From positions 390,001-422,000 of the forward strand of contig NZ_CP060530.1 in assembly GCF_016806735.1 (NCBI RefSeq): a stretch of 32,000 nucleotides of DNA. Direction: 5' to 3'. The DNA is from Candidatus Micrarchaeum sp. GTDB lineage: Archaea > Micrarchaeota > Micrarchaeia > Micrarchaeales > Micrarchaeaceae. Position 1 is the stretch's first letter. Each line of letters starts with the position of its first letter. Shown here piece after piece: positions 18,012 through 25,933 of the stretch. A program made the position numbers and the translations under genes. The notes below the pieces were generated by a model. That model searched no databases and was not told the origin of the DNA. It worked only from the letters and a program-made list of their open reading frames with translations.

Positions 18012-18095
18012 CCGGCTCAAAGCTCTTAAATATATCAAAAGCAGGCAGCATGCAATCCCTAAGAGCCATCGCTTTTGGCTTTCTGCAATGCGCAC

Positions 18096-18815
18096 TTATG
18101 AATATGCGGATATTATGCTTTCCGACATTCTGTCTCCTGCAGCCACTTCTGGCATTATGCATTTGTAAACTCCGCTTCTGCTAAGTTTCGGTATGTTTTC
18201 CTCTTTCGCCACTCTGGTTATTATTTTTATTTTGCTGTCTACCGCTTTTGCCGAAATCGCTATCATGCTGTTCTTTATGTCGTCATCGCTGCACGCTACC
18301 ATATACGCTGCGTTGCCTATTCCTGCTTTGATCAGCGTTTCCTTTATTGTGGGGTTGCCCATTATCGCAAATACGCCGATTTCGTCGGCCCTTTCGAGCT
18401 CTTCCTGGCTTTGGACTACAAATACGTGCTTAATGCCTTTCTCCTTGAGCTTGGCGGATACGAGCTCCCCGAGCCTGTTCATGCTGGTTATTATCACATG
18501 GCCCCTGAATCCCCGTATCTTCCTTTCCTGGAACCTTTCCCTGATTCCGAGGCCCTTGATAAATTCGAAGAACAAAGCTGCGAGCCACACTGCCAAAAGT
18601 GTGAACACTATGACGTCAATTACGCTTGCCGCTACAAGGAACGGGTTTTCCGCAACGGTCAAAGGCAGCTTATAGTACTCAATATCAAGCGCCAGCAGCG
18701 CGTTCCACACTATTGCAACCGCTATTCCGAGGCCTGATGCTACCGTAAGCCCAACGGCCACGATAAACAGGATTATTGAGGAATAAGCTATTATCGTCAG
18801 CCTTTCATCTATCAT
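18096..18815 (-). CDS. membrane protein with C-terminal RCK/TrkA-N domain (K+ channel-like, no recognisable selectivity filter)
   Basis: 239 aa. Two to three N-terminal TM helices are followed by a Rossmann-like region GHVIITSMNRLGELVSAKLKEKGIKHVFVV. The start codon abuts the stop of the upstream gene (18815/18816). Confidence 0.65.
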   Translation of the reverse strand: MIDERLTIIAYSSIILFIVAVGLTVASGLGIAVAIVWNALLALDIEYYKLPLTVAENPFLVAASVIDVIVFTLLAVWLAALFFEFIKGLGIRERFQERKIRGFRGHVIITSMNRLGELVSAKLKEKGIKHVFVVQSQEELERADEIGVFAIMGNPTIKETLIKAGIGNAAYMVACSDDDIKNSMIAISAKAVDSKIKIITRVAKEENIPKLSRSGVYKCIMPEVAAGDRMSESIISAYS

Positions 18816-19595
18816 TCAAGCACCATTCCTTGCCTTTCTGTTTATTATATCTCCGATGTCAAGCCCGGCAAGCACTTCAGGAACCACGCACAGACCTGCT
18901 CCAGCCCTGTGCATTTTCGTTACGCTGGTCTCCTCTCTTGCCCTTGATATTATGTTTATTCCCGGATTAAGGTAATGTGCAGTGACTATTCCGAGAAGAT
19001 TCTCAAAATCGCTTTCCGTGGAGAATATTATTGATTTTGCCGACTGCACGGAGCATTTTTTGAGGACATTGTCATCAGTAAAATTGCCCCTTACTGCTAT
19101 GTATCCAAGCCCCCTGAGTATTTCCACCTTGGCCGGATCCTTGTCCACTACTACGAACTTCCTCTTCTTGCTTTTAAGCGTCAGGCATATGCTTTCCGCA
19201 AGATCGTTGTAGCCGCACACTATGACTCCGTTATTCATTTTGCGCACGCCTATGTTGCTAAGCTTCTCGAAAAGGTTTATCACGCTTATGAGCTCGACTA
19301 TTCCGGCGAGTATAAAGCCTATGGCCACTATTTTTACTATTCCGTCAAGCATAAGCAGCGGGAACGTATCGTAAAATTCGGTGTCTAAGCTCAGCAGATG
19401 GTAGTTGAAAGCGGGCGAGAGGGTCACGCCGTTTATGTCGAATAGCGCAGCTATTGTGAAATAAGCCGCATCATAAAAATTGCCAACGTAATAATGAACC
19501 AGGAATATGGTACCGGATGCCGAGGCTACCACTATTATCAGGAGCATTGCTATATAGCTCAAAGGCATGTCAACCTTGGAATTTCCTGCGCTCAT
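18816..19595 (-). CDS. membrane protein with C-terminal RCK/TrkA-N domain (degenerate pore region)
   Basis: 259 aa. TM helices flank AAYFTIAALFDINGVTLSP, which is pore-helix-like but lacks T-V-G-Y-G. This is followed by NGVIVCGYNDLAESICLTLKSKKRKFVVVDKD. Confidence 0.65.
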   Translation of the reverse strand: MSAGNSKVDMPLSYIAMLLIIVVASASGTIFLVHYYVGNFYDAAYFTIAALFDINGVTLSPAFNYHLLSLDTEFYDTFPLLMLDGIVKIVAIGFILAGIVELISVINLFEKLSNIGVRKMNNGVIVCGYNDLAESICLTLKSKKRKFVVVDKDPAKVEILRGLGYIAVRGNFTDDNVLKKCSVQSAKSIIFSTESDFENLLGIVTAHYLNPGINIISRAREETSVTKMHRAGAGLCVVPEVLAGLDIGDIINRKARNGA

Positions 19596-19608
19596 CGTGC
19601 TTCATCGC

Positions 19609-20082
19609 TTATTTAGTTATCTCGGCGATTATCTCTTCGCTTGCGCTGTTTTGCGGCATTACTATGTAGTCTGCACCCGCTTCTATCATCTTTTCCCTTA
19701 CGAGCTTGTCGTTGGCCCTGGTTGCTATGAATATGTTTTTGTTGAGATCCCTCGCCGTCAATACTGCGAACAGGTTCTTCGCGTCGTTGTCCATCGCTAT
19801 GGCTATCGCCCTGGCAGAAGCTATCCCGGCGTTTTTCAGAACGTGCGACGAGGTGGCATCTCCCTCTATTACGTCGTATCCCTTCTCCATGCTCTTGGCA
19901 GCTACGTTGTGGTCATACTCAACTATCACGAACTTTATCCCGTGCTCGTGCAGAGTCTCTACTATCCTCTGCCCTACGACCCCATAGCCGCATACTATCG
20001 TATGGCCCGAAAGCGATTCCAAAACAACACCAGCACTATTAAGATGCCAATTCAAATTTAAATAGTGATGTGGTGCGCTCAC
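19609..20082 (-). CDS. soluble TrkA-N/RCK NAD-binding domain protein
   Basis: 157 aa. GxGxxG Rossmann motif HTIVCGYGVVGQRIVETLHEHGIKFVIVEYD. The GTG start forms a GTGA overlap with the upstream stop (20079-20081). Confidence 0.75.
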   Translation of the reverse strand: MSAPHHYLNLNWHLNSAGVVLESLSGHTIVCGYGVVGQRIVETLHEHGIKFVIVEYDHNVAAKSMEKGYDVIEGDATSSHVLKNAGIASARAIAIAMDNDAKNLFAVLTARDLNKNIFIATRANDKLVREKMIEAGADYIVMPQNSASEEIIAEITK

Positions 20083-20345
20083 TCTCGCTTCATGCCGTCT
20101 ATTCTGCGGACGTAATCCGCCAGCGCTTTCATGATTCGCGTGTGCGCTCCCTTTACCCGCATCCTCGTATCGCCTATGTCGGCGTAAACGCCACCACTTT
20201 CGTCTACATGGAAATGTATGACGCTTCGCCCCCTGAAATAGAAATGTGCCGTTCTCTTTTCTCTGACGCCACTAATGCTTCTTATCTTGCCCAGCAAAGG
20301 AGCAATATCGGCAAGGTCACCTGCTTTTGCGTGTCTCATCTGCAT
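20079..20345 (-). CDS. small hypothetical protein (88 aa)
   Basis: The ORF 20079..20441 is trimmed to MQMRHAKAGD... (ATG 20343-20345) because the upstream part overlaps tRNA-Gln. It is translationally coupled to the RCK gene downstream. No motif was recognised. Confidence 0.45.
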   Translation of the reverse strand: MQMRHAKAGDLADIAPLLGKIRSISGVREKRTAHFYFRGRSVIHFHVDESGGVYADIGDTRMRVKGAHTRIMKALADYVRRIDGMKRE

Positions 20346-20362
20346 GCCGCGATAAATATAAT

Positions 20363-20455
20363 TAGCTCCAGCCAGATTCGAACTGGCGTTTACGGCTCCA
20401 GAGGCCGCCGTCCTTTTATGGTGGCAGAGCGCCATGACCACTAGACGATGGAGCT
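20363..20455 (-). tRNA. tRNA-Gln(CUG): tRNA-Gln, anticodon CUG, 93-nt precursor with a predicted 20-nt D-loop intron
   Basis: Minus-strand read: acceptor AGCTCCA/TGGAGCT (A1-U72, typical of archaeal tRNA-Gln). T arm GCCAG-TTCGAAT-CTGGC, anticodon arm GCGGC-CTCTGGA-GCCGT, variable AAAC. D stem GTCT/GGAC is separated by 29 nt that fold into a bulge-helix-bulge. Removing 20 nt gives a 73-nt tRNA with D-loop AGTGGTCAA. Confidence 0.8.
20416..20435 (-). other. predicted non-canonical tRNA intron (D-loop)
   Basis: The intron is ATGGCGCTCTGCCACCATAA on the minus strand. The central 4-bp helix is GTGG/CCAT and the 5' bulge is TCA. The inner hairpin is TGGC-GCTCT-GCCA and the 3' bulge is AAA. The exact register within the bulges is assumed (cut after the second bulge nucleotide). 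Confidence 0.6.
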
Positions 20456-20480
20456 AATCGCATATTATTTTGTCGCATGT

Positions 20481-20489
20481 ATTTTAATA
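20481..20489. promoter_or_regulatory. TATA-like box between tRNA-Gln and the M50 protease gene
   Basis: attttaata. The ttttaata at 20482-20489 lies 22-29 nt upstream of the ATG at 20511. Its reverse complement tattaaaat lies about 26-34 nt upstream of the tRNA-Gln 5' end. Confidence 0.4.
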
Positions 20490-20510
20490 CCTTGCCGATA
20501 AATTAAGCCT

Positions 20511-21206
20511 ATGCAGTTCAGGCCAAACATAACAAGAACGGAAGAGATAAAGCAGATCGCCATGGCCGACGCTGCCCTTACTGTAGCCTTTTCGATAGCC
20601 TTGGCTGGGGGCATATTCGGCAACCTTGGCAATGCGGTAGTGCTTCTGCCAATAGCTTTCGTTGCGGTTACGCTGAGCTTCGTGCTCCACGAGCTGATGC
20701 ACAAGTACGTTGCTCAGCACTACGGAGCCATAGCCGCTTTCCAGACGTCCCCTATGGGGCTCATCATAACTCTGGGTACGAGCATATTCGGCTTTCTCTT
20801 CGGAATTCCGGGAGCCACCGTGATATACACTAATTCGTTCACCGTAAAGCAGAATGGCGTTACATCGCTTGCGGGTCCGCTAACAAACTTTGCAGTATTC
20901 GCAGTATTCTTTGTAATATTCATTTTTGCGCCAGCCAATACATACTTTAGCACTATGGCTTCCATTGTAATGTTCATAAGCATACTTCTTGCATTCTTCA
21001 ACATGCTTCCGATAATGCCGCTTGACGGAAGCAAGGTGCTCAGGTGGAACAGGAAGGTATATTTCTCTTCTTTGGGGGTGATAATGGTGCTGATGGGCAT
21101 TGCCTATTACTCCCTTTTCCATAGTGTGGCCGGAATGGTAACAGAAGTAATATTCATGCTATTCATAGCCGTGTTCTTCTCCATGTTCTACAGGAACGTG
21201 CTTTGA
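20511..21206 (+). CDS. M50 family (site-2 protease-like) membrane zinc metalloprotease
   Basis: HELMH (HExxH) at nt 20688-20702 lies inside a TM helix. A second motif, FNMLPIMPLDGSKV (NxxPxxxLDG), is present. Polytopic membrane protein of 231 aa. Confidence 0.85.
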   Translation: MQFRPNITRTEEIKQIAMADAALTVAFSIALAGGIFGNLGNAVVLLPIAFVAVTLSFVLHELMHKYVAQHYGAIAAFQTSPMGLIITLGTSIFGFLFGIPGATVIYTNSFTVKQNGVTSLAGPLTNFAVFAVFFVIFIFAPANTYFSTMASIVMFISILLAFFNMLPIMPLDGSKVLRWNRKVYFSSLGVIMVLMGIAYYSLFHSVAGMVTEVIFMLFIAVFFSMFYRNVL

Positions 21207-21319
21207 AATACGTTTGGCTGCCTATAAATCGTTAAATACGCGAAAAAAGAAAAACTTAAAACCACCACTTATAAAGGTATTTAAGTCTAAGTAACGAATA
21301 ATAATCGGTGCTGTTGCAA

Positions 21320-22615
21320 ATGGAACAAAAATCCAACACAGAAGCCAGGACGACCATAGATACGATGCTTGAGTTAATACGCTCAAAAGGCCGCATAGAC
21401 CTGAACAGCATAGCATCGTCATTGGGCATAGCCCCTAGCGTTGTCGAGGGCTGGGCCAAGGTGCTGGAGTCCGGCAACCTTATCAAGATAAGCTACGAAG
21501 TCGGAAAGATGTTCCTGACTCCCATGGAGCTGAGCAAGGATGAGATGCAGGCCCTGGAGAGCAAGACACAGCAGCAGAAGTTCATAATGTCAGAGGAGAT
21601 TGATGCCGATCTGATAAGCACCGAGAAGCTCGAGCAGTCGCTCAGGGAGATAGAATCAAACATATCCGGCTTCGAGCAGAGGCTTCAGAAAGAATCTCCA
21701 GAAGCGCGAAAAAAGATAGAAGAGCTTTCCAAGATGTACGCCCAGATGAGGTCGTACCAGTCAAACATAGACGCGATAAAGAAGGGTATAAGCTCTGACT
21801 ATGACAACATGGAAAAAAGGTTCAACGATTTGCTTGCCAAGCTCGGAAAGGTATCAGAGCAGGAGCAGAAGGCAAAGGGCGGCATACCAGGTACTATACA
21901 GGAAAACATAAACAACGCAAGGGCGGCGCTGCAGGAGCTGGAAACGGTAAAAAAGAATGTAGCCCAGAGCATAGAGAACACGAGAAAGGACTTGGAGAAC
22001 CAGCTGAAGCAGGAAAGTGCAAGGCTCGATTCGATAATAAAGCAGTCCCATTCGGAGCTTGAGAACGCGTACAAGGAGCTTGAGAAGGAGGCCGGCTCGT
22101 ACAAGGGCGACATAAAGGAGATAAAGGAACTCCAGCTCACTGAGGAGCAGCTCTCAAAGAAGCTAAACCAGCAGCATTCCGAATTCAATTCCAATTATTC
22201 AAAGCTCGAGCAGTCGCTAAAGCAGGCCACTGCAAACTTCTCGCCCAAGTATGAAGAAGCTATGAACGAGCTCAACAAGGTCATGGAGGGATCAGGATCC
22301 ATGGGGGAAATCATAAAAAACATGAGCGACCTTAAGATGGAAATAGAGGACTTGGGTCCGAAGCTCAACAACTACAGGACCGAGCTGCAGAAGCTAAAGG
22401 ACCAAGTGGATGCGCTTAATGCAGCCAAAAATCTGAGCGTCAAGGAAAAGGAGCAGAAGATGTCCGATCTAAAAGCCAAGGGCGATGCTATAAAGGGCGA
22501 GATAAAGACCAAGAAATCAAAGATATCAGATTCGCTCAACAACATAAACAAGCTCACCCAGAAGATGAAACCTGACAAAAAGAGCGACGATAATGCGCAG
22601 TCGGAGAAAGCTTGA
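21320..22615 (+). CDS. winged-helix N-terminal domain fused to a ~350-aa charged coiled coil; first gene of TFF locus 2
   Basis: N-terminus: TIDTMLELIRSKGRIDLNSIASSLGIAPSVVEGWAKVLESGNLIKISYEVGKMFLTP. The rest is heptad-like and E/K/Q/L-rich, with no TM helix. The start is ambiguous: ATG 21320 has ggtg 9 nt upstream, while GTG 21308 lies 22-29 nt downstream of tatttaag. Confidence 0.7.
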   Translation: MEQKSNTEARTTIDTMLELIRSKGRIDLNSIASSLGIAPSVVEGWAKVLESGNLIKISYEVGKMFLTPMELSKDEMQALESKTQQQKFIMSEEIDADLISTEKLEQSLREIESNISGFEQRLQKESPEARKKIEELSKMYAQMRSYQSNIDAIKKGISSDYDNMEKRFNDLLAKLGKVSEQEQKAKGGIPGTIQENINNARAALQELETVKKNVAQSIENTRKDLENQLKQESARLDSIIKQSHSELENAYKELEKEAGSYKGDIKEIKELQLTEEQLSKKLNQQHSEFNSNYSKLEQSLKQATANFSPKYEEAMNELNKVMEGSGSMGEIIKNMSDLKMEIEDLGPKLNNYRTELQKLKDQVDALNAAKNLSVKEKEQKMSDLKAKGDAIKGEIKTKKSKISDSLNNINKLTQKMKPDKKSDDNAQSEKA

Positions 22616-22625
22616 GTGGTGCTGA

Positions 22626-24260
22626 ATGGTAAAAGACACGCCAAAAAAACAGGATGGTGAAGAAACGGACAAGGCACAAGATGCTGCGAAAGAAGTTCCT
22701 GAGGAGAAAATACTAGAGGCTTCGGAAAATACGCAGCAGGGAGCGGAAAGCGCCCCTTCAGACAAGGTCAAATCGGAGAAAATTCTAGAACAATACAATC
22801 TTAATGCGCACGGGATGGCCATAGGGGTTGTCATAAAAACAAATCCCAACGAGTTTGTTCCTACTTACAACGTTACTTACGAGGGCGTCAGCGACGCGAC
22901 AAAGCTGCTCCTAATGTCGTTCAGGCGCGAACTCATATCGATGGTGCCTCTGGACCCTACGAAGGTAGAAATACAGGCATATGTAGACGACCTCAATAAG
23001 AGATATGTACAGGCCAGCAAGATACTGATCGACAGATACCTGCCCAACACTGACGAGGACACGAAGAACATACTCACTGCCTACATACTCAACATGATGC
23101 TGGGCCTCGGGGACCTGGAAGTGCCGCTATCGGACGAGAACCTTGAAGAAATAGCTGTCAACGGCTCCAAGAGCTTCATATGGGTTTTCCACAAGAGGAT
23201 AGGCTGGTGCAAAACCAACATAAAGCCCACGAGCGAGGATGCGATCTACGACCAGGCAGAGCAGATAGGCAGGCGCGTAGGGAGGGAGCTCAACAACCTT
23301 TCCCCGCTCATGGATGCAGAGCTTGTCGACGGCTCCAGGGTCAACGCTACCCTGTATCCGATATCGCAGATAGGCAACACAATAACGATAAGGAAATTTG
23401 CCAAGAACCCCTGGACAATGCCGGCTCTGGTAAAATCAGGTAGCCTGCCCCCTGAACTGGCAGGCCTGCTGTGGCTATGCATACAGAACGAAATAAGCGT
23501 GCTTATATCCGGAGGAACGGCAAGCGGAAAGACCTCTTTCCTTAACGCCTCAAGCGTATTCTTCCCGCCTACAAGGAGGATAATATCTGTTGAAGAAACA
23601 AGGGAGCTCGCGCTTCCGGATTCGCTGCAGTGGGTTGCAATGGTATCAAGGCAGCCGAACCCTGAAGGCAAGGGAGAAGTGACGCTTTATGATCTAATGA
23701 TAAACGCGCTCAGGCAGAGGCCTGACATAATGCTAGTTGGAGAAATCAGGACCGGAAAGGACGCCGAGACGCTATTCGAGGCCATACACACTGGCCACTC
23801 GGTATATGCTACGGTCCACGCAGACAACGCACAGGACACGGTGGTAAGAATGACCAACCCTCCAATAGCTACGCCCAAAATCCAGATGAATGCTCTCGGA
23901 GCCATAGTGAGCCTCTTCAGGCACAGGAGCAAGGGCATAAGGCGTACGCTGGAATTCGCAGAGATGCTTAGGACTGGAGATGCCAACGTGCTATACAGGT
24001 GGAACATGAGGAACGACACGTTCGCGCAGATAAGCGACCTCACGAACATGGCAGACGTGCTTTCGCTATACGGCGGATATACAAAGTCGGAAATAGCGGA
24101 AGAGGTCAAGATAAGGGCCAAGATAATAAATTGGATGATAAAATACAACGTGATAGACATAAACAATGCTGGCTTCCTTATAGCCAACTACTACATGGAC
24201 AAGGACAGGGTCATAAACATGGTGGATAAGGACATTCCTTATTCAAAGGAGTTGTTTTGA
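22626..24260 (+). CDS. type IV filament assembly ATPase (FlaI/GspE/VirB11 superfamily), locus 2
   Basis: 544 aa. ggtg at 22618-22621 precedes the ATG. Walker A is ISGGTASGKTSFLNA (nt ~23511-23537). Also present are ISVEETRELAL and PDIMLVGEIRTGKDAETLFEAIHTGHSVYATVHA. There is an acidic/Lys-rich ~60-aa N-terminal extension with EKILE twice. Confidence 0.9.
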   Translation: MVKDTPKKQDGEETDKAQDAAKEVPEEKILEASENTQQGAESAPSDKVKSEKILEQYNLNAHGMAIGVVIKTNPNEFVPTYNVTYEGVSDATKLLLMSFRRELISMVPLDPTKVEIQAYVDDLNKRYVQASKILIDRYLPNTDEDTKNILTAYILNMMLGLGDLEVPLSDENLEEIAVNGSKSFIWVFHKRIGWCKTNIKPTSEDAIYDQAEQIGRRVGRELNNLSPLMDAELVDGSRVNATLYPISQIGNTITIRKFAKNPWTMPALVKSGSLPPELAGLLWLCIQNEISVLISGGTASGKTSFLNASSVFFPPTRRIISVEETRELALPDSLQWVAMVSRQPNPEGKGEVTLYDLMINALRQRPDIMLVGEIRTGKDAETLFEAIHTGHSVYATVHADNAQDTVVRMTNPPIATPKIQMNALGAIVSLFRHRSKGIRRTLEFAEMLRTGDANVLYRWNMRNDTFAQISDLTNMADVLSLYGGYTKSEIAEEVKIRAKIINWMIKYNVIDINNAGFLIANYYMDKDRVINMVDKDIPYSKELF

Positions 24261-24889
24261 TGGATGAGAACGGCATAAGCACAAAAAGTGAATACGAACA
24301 GGTAGTTGTCTACATAAAGGGCATAGAGGCATCTACACAGAAGCCGCAGCAGTCTTCAATAAACGTATCAAAGTTGTTTGAAACGAATGAAAATTCCAAT
24401 TCCCATACTTATCTAGACCTGCTAAGCAGGATAGATTCCATAGAGAGCAACCGCGGTGGCCAGCGCATAAGGTCACAGAAGACCATGCCTAAGGAATCGC
24501 AGCTGATAGCTTCTGGGGTCGAGCAGTCCAGCAGGGCGTCCGCAGTCCCAACCGCAGCGCAACAGAGCTTCGAAGTCCCGGAGTCCAGGCCACAGCCAAA
24601 GATAAAGGTCAAGTTCAACGAGAAGGATCTGGTCCTGCCCAAGCTTTCCATAGCCGACCAAATATCCGAGCTTGAGCGCATAATCGAAGGGCTGAAGGAG
24701 CAGGTTTTTGATGAAAACCACAAGGAGGTCGTGCTGCAGGAAATATACGGCCTGTCTGCCTATATAGAAAGGTCGTCCAAGGACTTAAGGAAGAGGAAGA
24801 TAACGCTTAACCAGACTGAACAGTCGTTATGGGCGTTGAGGCAGCAGCGCCTTGACGAGGCCATGGGCCTGATAAACGCCGGTGCCTAA
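24260..24889 (+). CDS. soluble hypothetical protein (Q/S-rich centre, C-terminal coiled coil) in TFF locus 2
   Basis: TGATG overlap with the ATPase stop. 209 aa, no TM helix. The C-terminus ISELERIIEGLKEQVFDENHKEVVLQEIYGL...LRQQRLDEAMGL is helical or coiled. Confidence 0.6.
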   Translation: MDENGISTKSEYEQVVVYIKGIEASTQKPQQSSINVSKLFETNENSNSHTYLDLLSRIDSIESNRGGQRIRSQKTMPKESQLIASGVEQSSRASAVPTAAQQSFEVPESRPQPKIKVKFNEKDLVLPKLSIADQISELERIIEGLKEQVFDENHKEVVLQEIYGLSAYIERSSKDLRKRKITLNQTEQSLWALRQQRLDEAMGLINAGA

Positions 24890-24891
24890 AC

Positions 24892-25929
24892 ATGTTCGGA
24901 AAGAAAAAGCCAAAAGTTGTCAACGTAAACGGCAAGGACATAGCGCTTCAGCCTAAGCCCGGGATAGGGTCAAAGCTTTTCCAGCAGCCGGATCGCAGCA
25001 AGTCGCAGCCAATAATGCCATCCCAGCAAATCCCCCAATACGGATCTGGTATAAATCCAATATCGCAGTCAAAAGCCCAGCCCCAGAAAAAGCCAGGGAG
25101 ATGGCATCTTTTCGTAGAAGGCATAGGCGCGAAGCACAAGGGGCTTGAGCAGACGCTCAAGGATCAGGGCATAAAGGGCACGCTCTACTCGTTCGTGGAA
25201 AGGATGATAATAGCGGCAATGGCCATAGGCATCGTCCTTGGCATAACGTTCTTCGTCCTTTTCCTGCATCTCGGCCTGCTTTTCCCCGTCGCTGCCGTGC
25301 TTGCGCTTCTGCTAGGCTTTGTCGTCTTCTATATGGGCATGAATATGTTCCTCAACTTTCCAAAGCACAAGACAAAGAAAAATGCAAAGGGGGTGGAGAA
25401 GGACATACTGTTTGCCGCGAGGGACATGATAATAGCGCTCAGGTCCGGAATGCCGTTGTTCAACACTCTGGTTTCCATAAGCTCGGGATACGGCGATGCG
25501 AGCAGGGAGTTTCAAAAGGTTGTCGAGCGCGTCCAGCTTGGCATGCCTCTAGAAGAGGCCATAGACCAGACCATAGCAGAGAGCAAGAGCGACTCTTTCA
25601 AGAGGATAATGCTGCAGGCTTCTGTTAGCATAAAATCAGGTGGCGACGTTGTGTCTGCAATACAGAGCGTCATAGACCAGCTTTCCGAAGAGAGGGTCAT
25701 AGAGCTCAGGAGGTACGGCCAAAGGCTGAACGCCATAGCAATGTTCTACATGCTTTTCGGAGTAATACTGCCAAGCATGGGTATAGCGGTAGTAACGATA
25801 CTCACTACTTTCATAGCTTTGTTCACGGTAACACCGCAGCTTCTGGAAGCAGGCTTGATAGCGATAGGTTTCCTGCAGATTGTGTTCCTGCAGATGATAA
25901 GGGGCTCGAGGCCTTCATTCTCGACGTGA
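24892..25929 (+). CDS. platform membrane protein with T2SSF domain (TadB/TadC/FlaJ-half), locus 2
   Basis: ggtg at 24881-24884. It has a Q/P-rich ~100-aa N-terminal extension followed by TM helices. The T2SSF-like core is ILFAARDMIIALRSGMPLFNTLVSISSGYGDASREFQKVVERVQLGMPLEEAIDQ, followed by C-terminal TM helices. Confidence 0.78.
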   Translation: MFGKKKPKVVNVNGKDIALQPKPGIGSKLFQQPDRSKSQPIMPSQQIPQYGSGINPISQSKAQPQKKPGRWHLFVEGIGAKHKGLEQTLKDQGIKGTLYSFVERMIIAAMAIGIVLGITFFVLFLHLGLLFPVAAVLALLLGFVVFYMGMNMFLNFPKHKTKKNAKGVEKDILFAARDMIIALRSGMPLFNTLVSISSGYGDASREFQKVVERVQLGMPLEEAIDQTIAESKSDSFKRIMLQASVSIKSGGDVVSAIQSVIDQLSEERVIELRRYGQRLNAIAMFYMLFGVILPSMGIAVVTILTTFIALFTVTPQLLEAGLIAIGFLQIVFLQMIRGSRPSFST

Positions 25930-25933
25930 TTAA

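Noticed and set aside
18064-18080. Hairpin agcca-tcgcttt-tggct in the convergent spacer 18012-18095 as a terminator
   Set aside because: The stem is only 5 bp with a weak T-tract (ttt). Archaeal termination usually relies on oligo-T signals. The evidence is too weak to annotate.
20070-20444. ORFs 20079..20441 (-) and 20070..20444 (+) as 120-124 aa proteins
   Set aside because: Both cover the tRNA-Gln gene. The plus-strand ORF is antisense to a coupled operon gene. The minus-strand ORF starts at a GTG inside the tRNA, so only its 3' part (20079-20345) is kept as a possible CDS.
20363-20455. Alternative tRNA-Gln model with D arm GTCT-AGTGGTCA-TGGC and a 21-nt intron at position 25-27
   Set aside because: It needs a U-U mismatch in the D stem and gives no bulge-helix-bulge. 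The D-loop intron model gives a fully paired D stem (including one G-U pair), a 4-bp central helix flanked by two 3-nt bulges, and a normal 9-nt D-loop. It cannot be formally excluded without covariance-model scoring.
9604-20455. Integrated element bounded by the two tRNA genes
   Set aside because: There is no integrase, transposase or phage/plasmid-type gene between or next to the tRNAs. No partial tRNA direct repeat was noticed. The content includes the housekeeping gene ksgA, and the genes use the same TATA-box spacing as the rest of the window.
20511-21206. Candidate prepilin peptidase for the pilin genes
   Set aside because: The protein has HExxH plus the NxxPxxxLDG motif of M50 zinc metalloproteases. 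It does not have the two-aspartate (GxGD-type) signature of PibD/FlaK prepilin peptidases.
17-24723. Many 60-170-aa ORFs nested inside or antisense to longer motif-bearing genes, e.g. 17..307, 338..547, 566..931, 1319..1606, 2717..3064, 3170..3598, 4781..5083, 4961..5479, 5222..5527, 7575..7961, 8752..9403 set, 9940..10566 set, 18193..18737 set, 19567..20061, 20720..21100, 21799..22194, 22372..22849, 23246..24187 set, 24409..24723
   Set aside because: Each is nested inside or antisense to a longer ORF with clear family motifs or operon coupling. None has its own promoter or SD context. They are treated as shadow ORFs.
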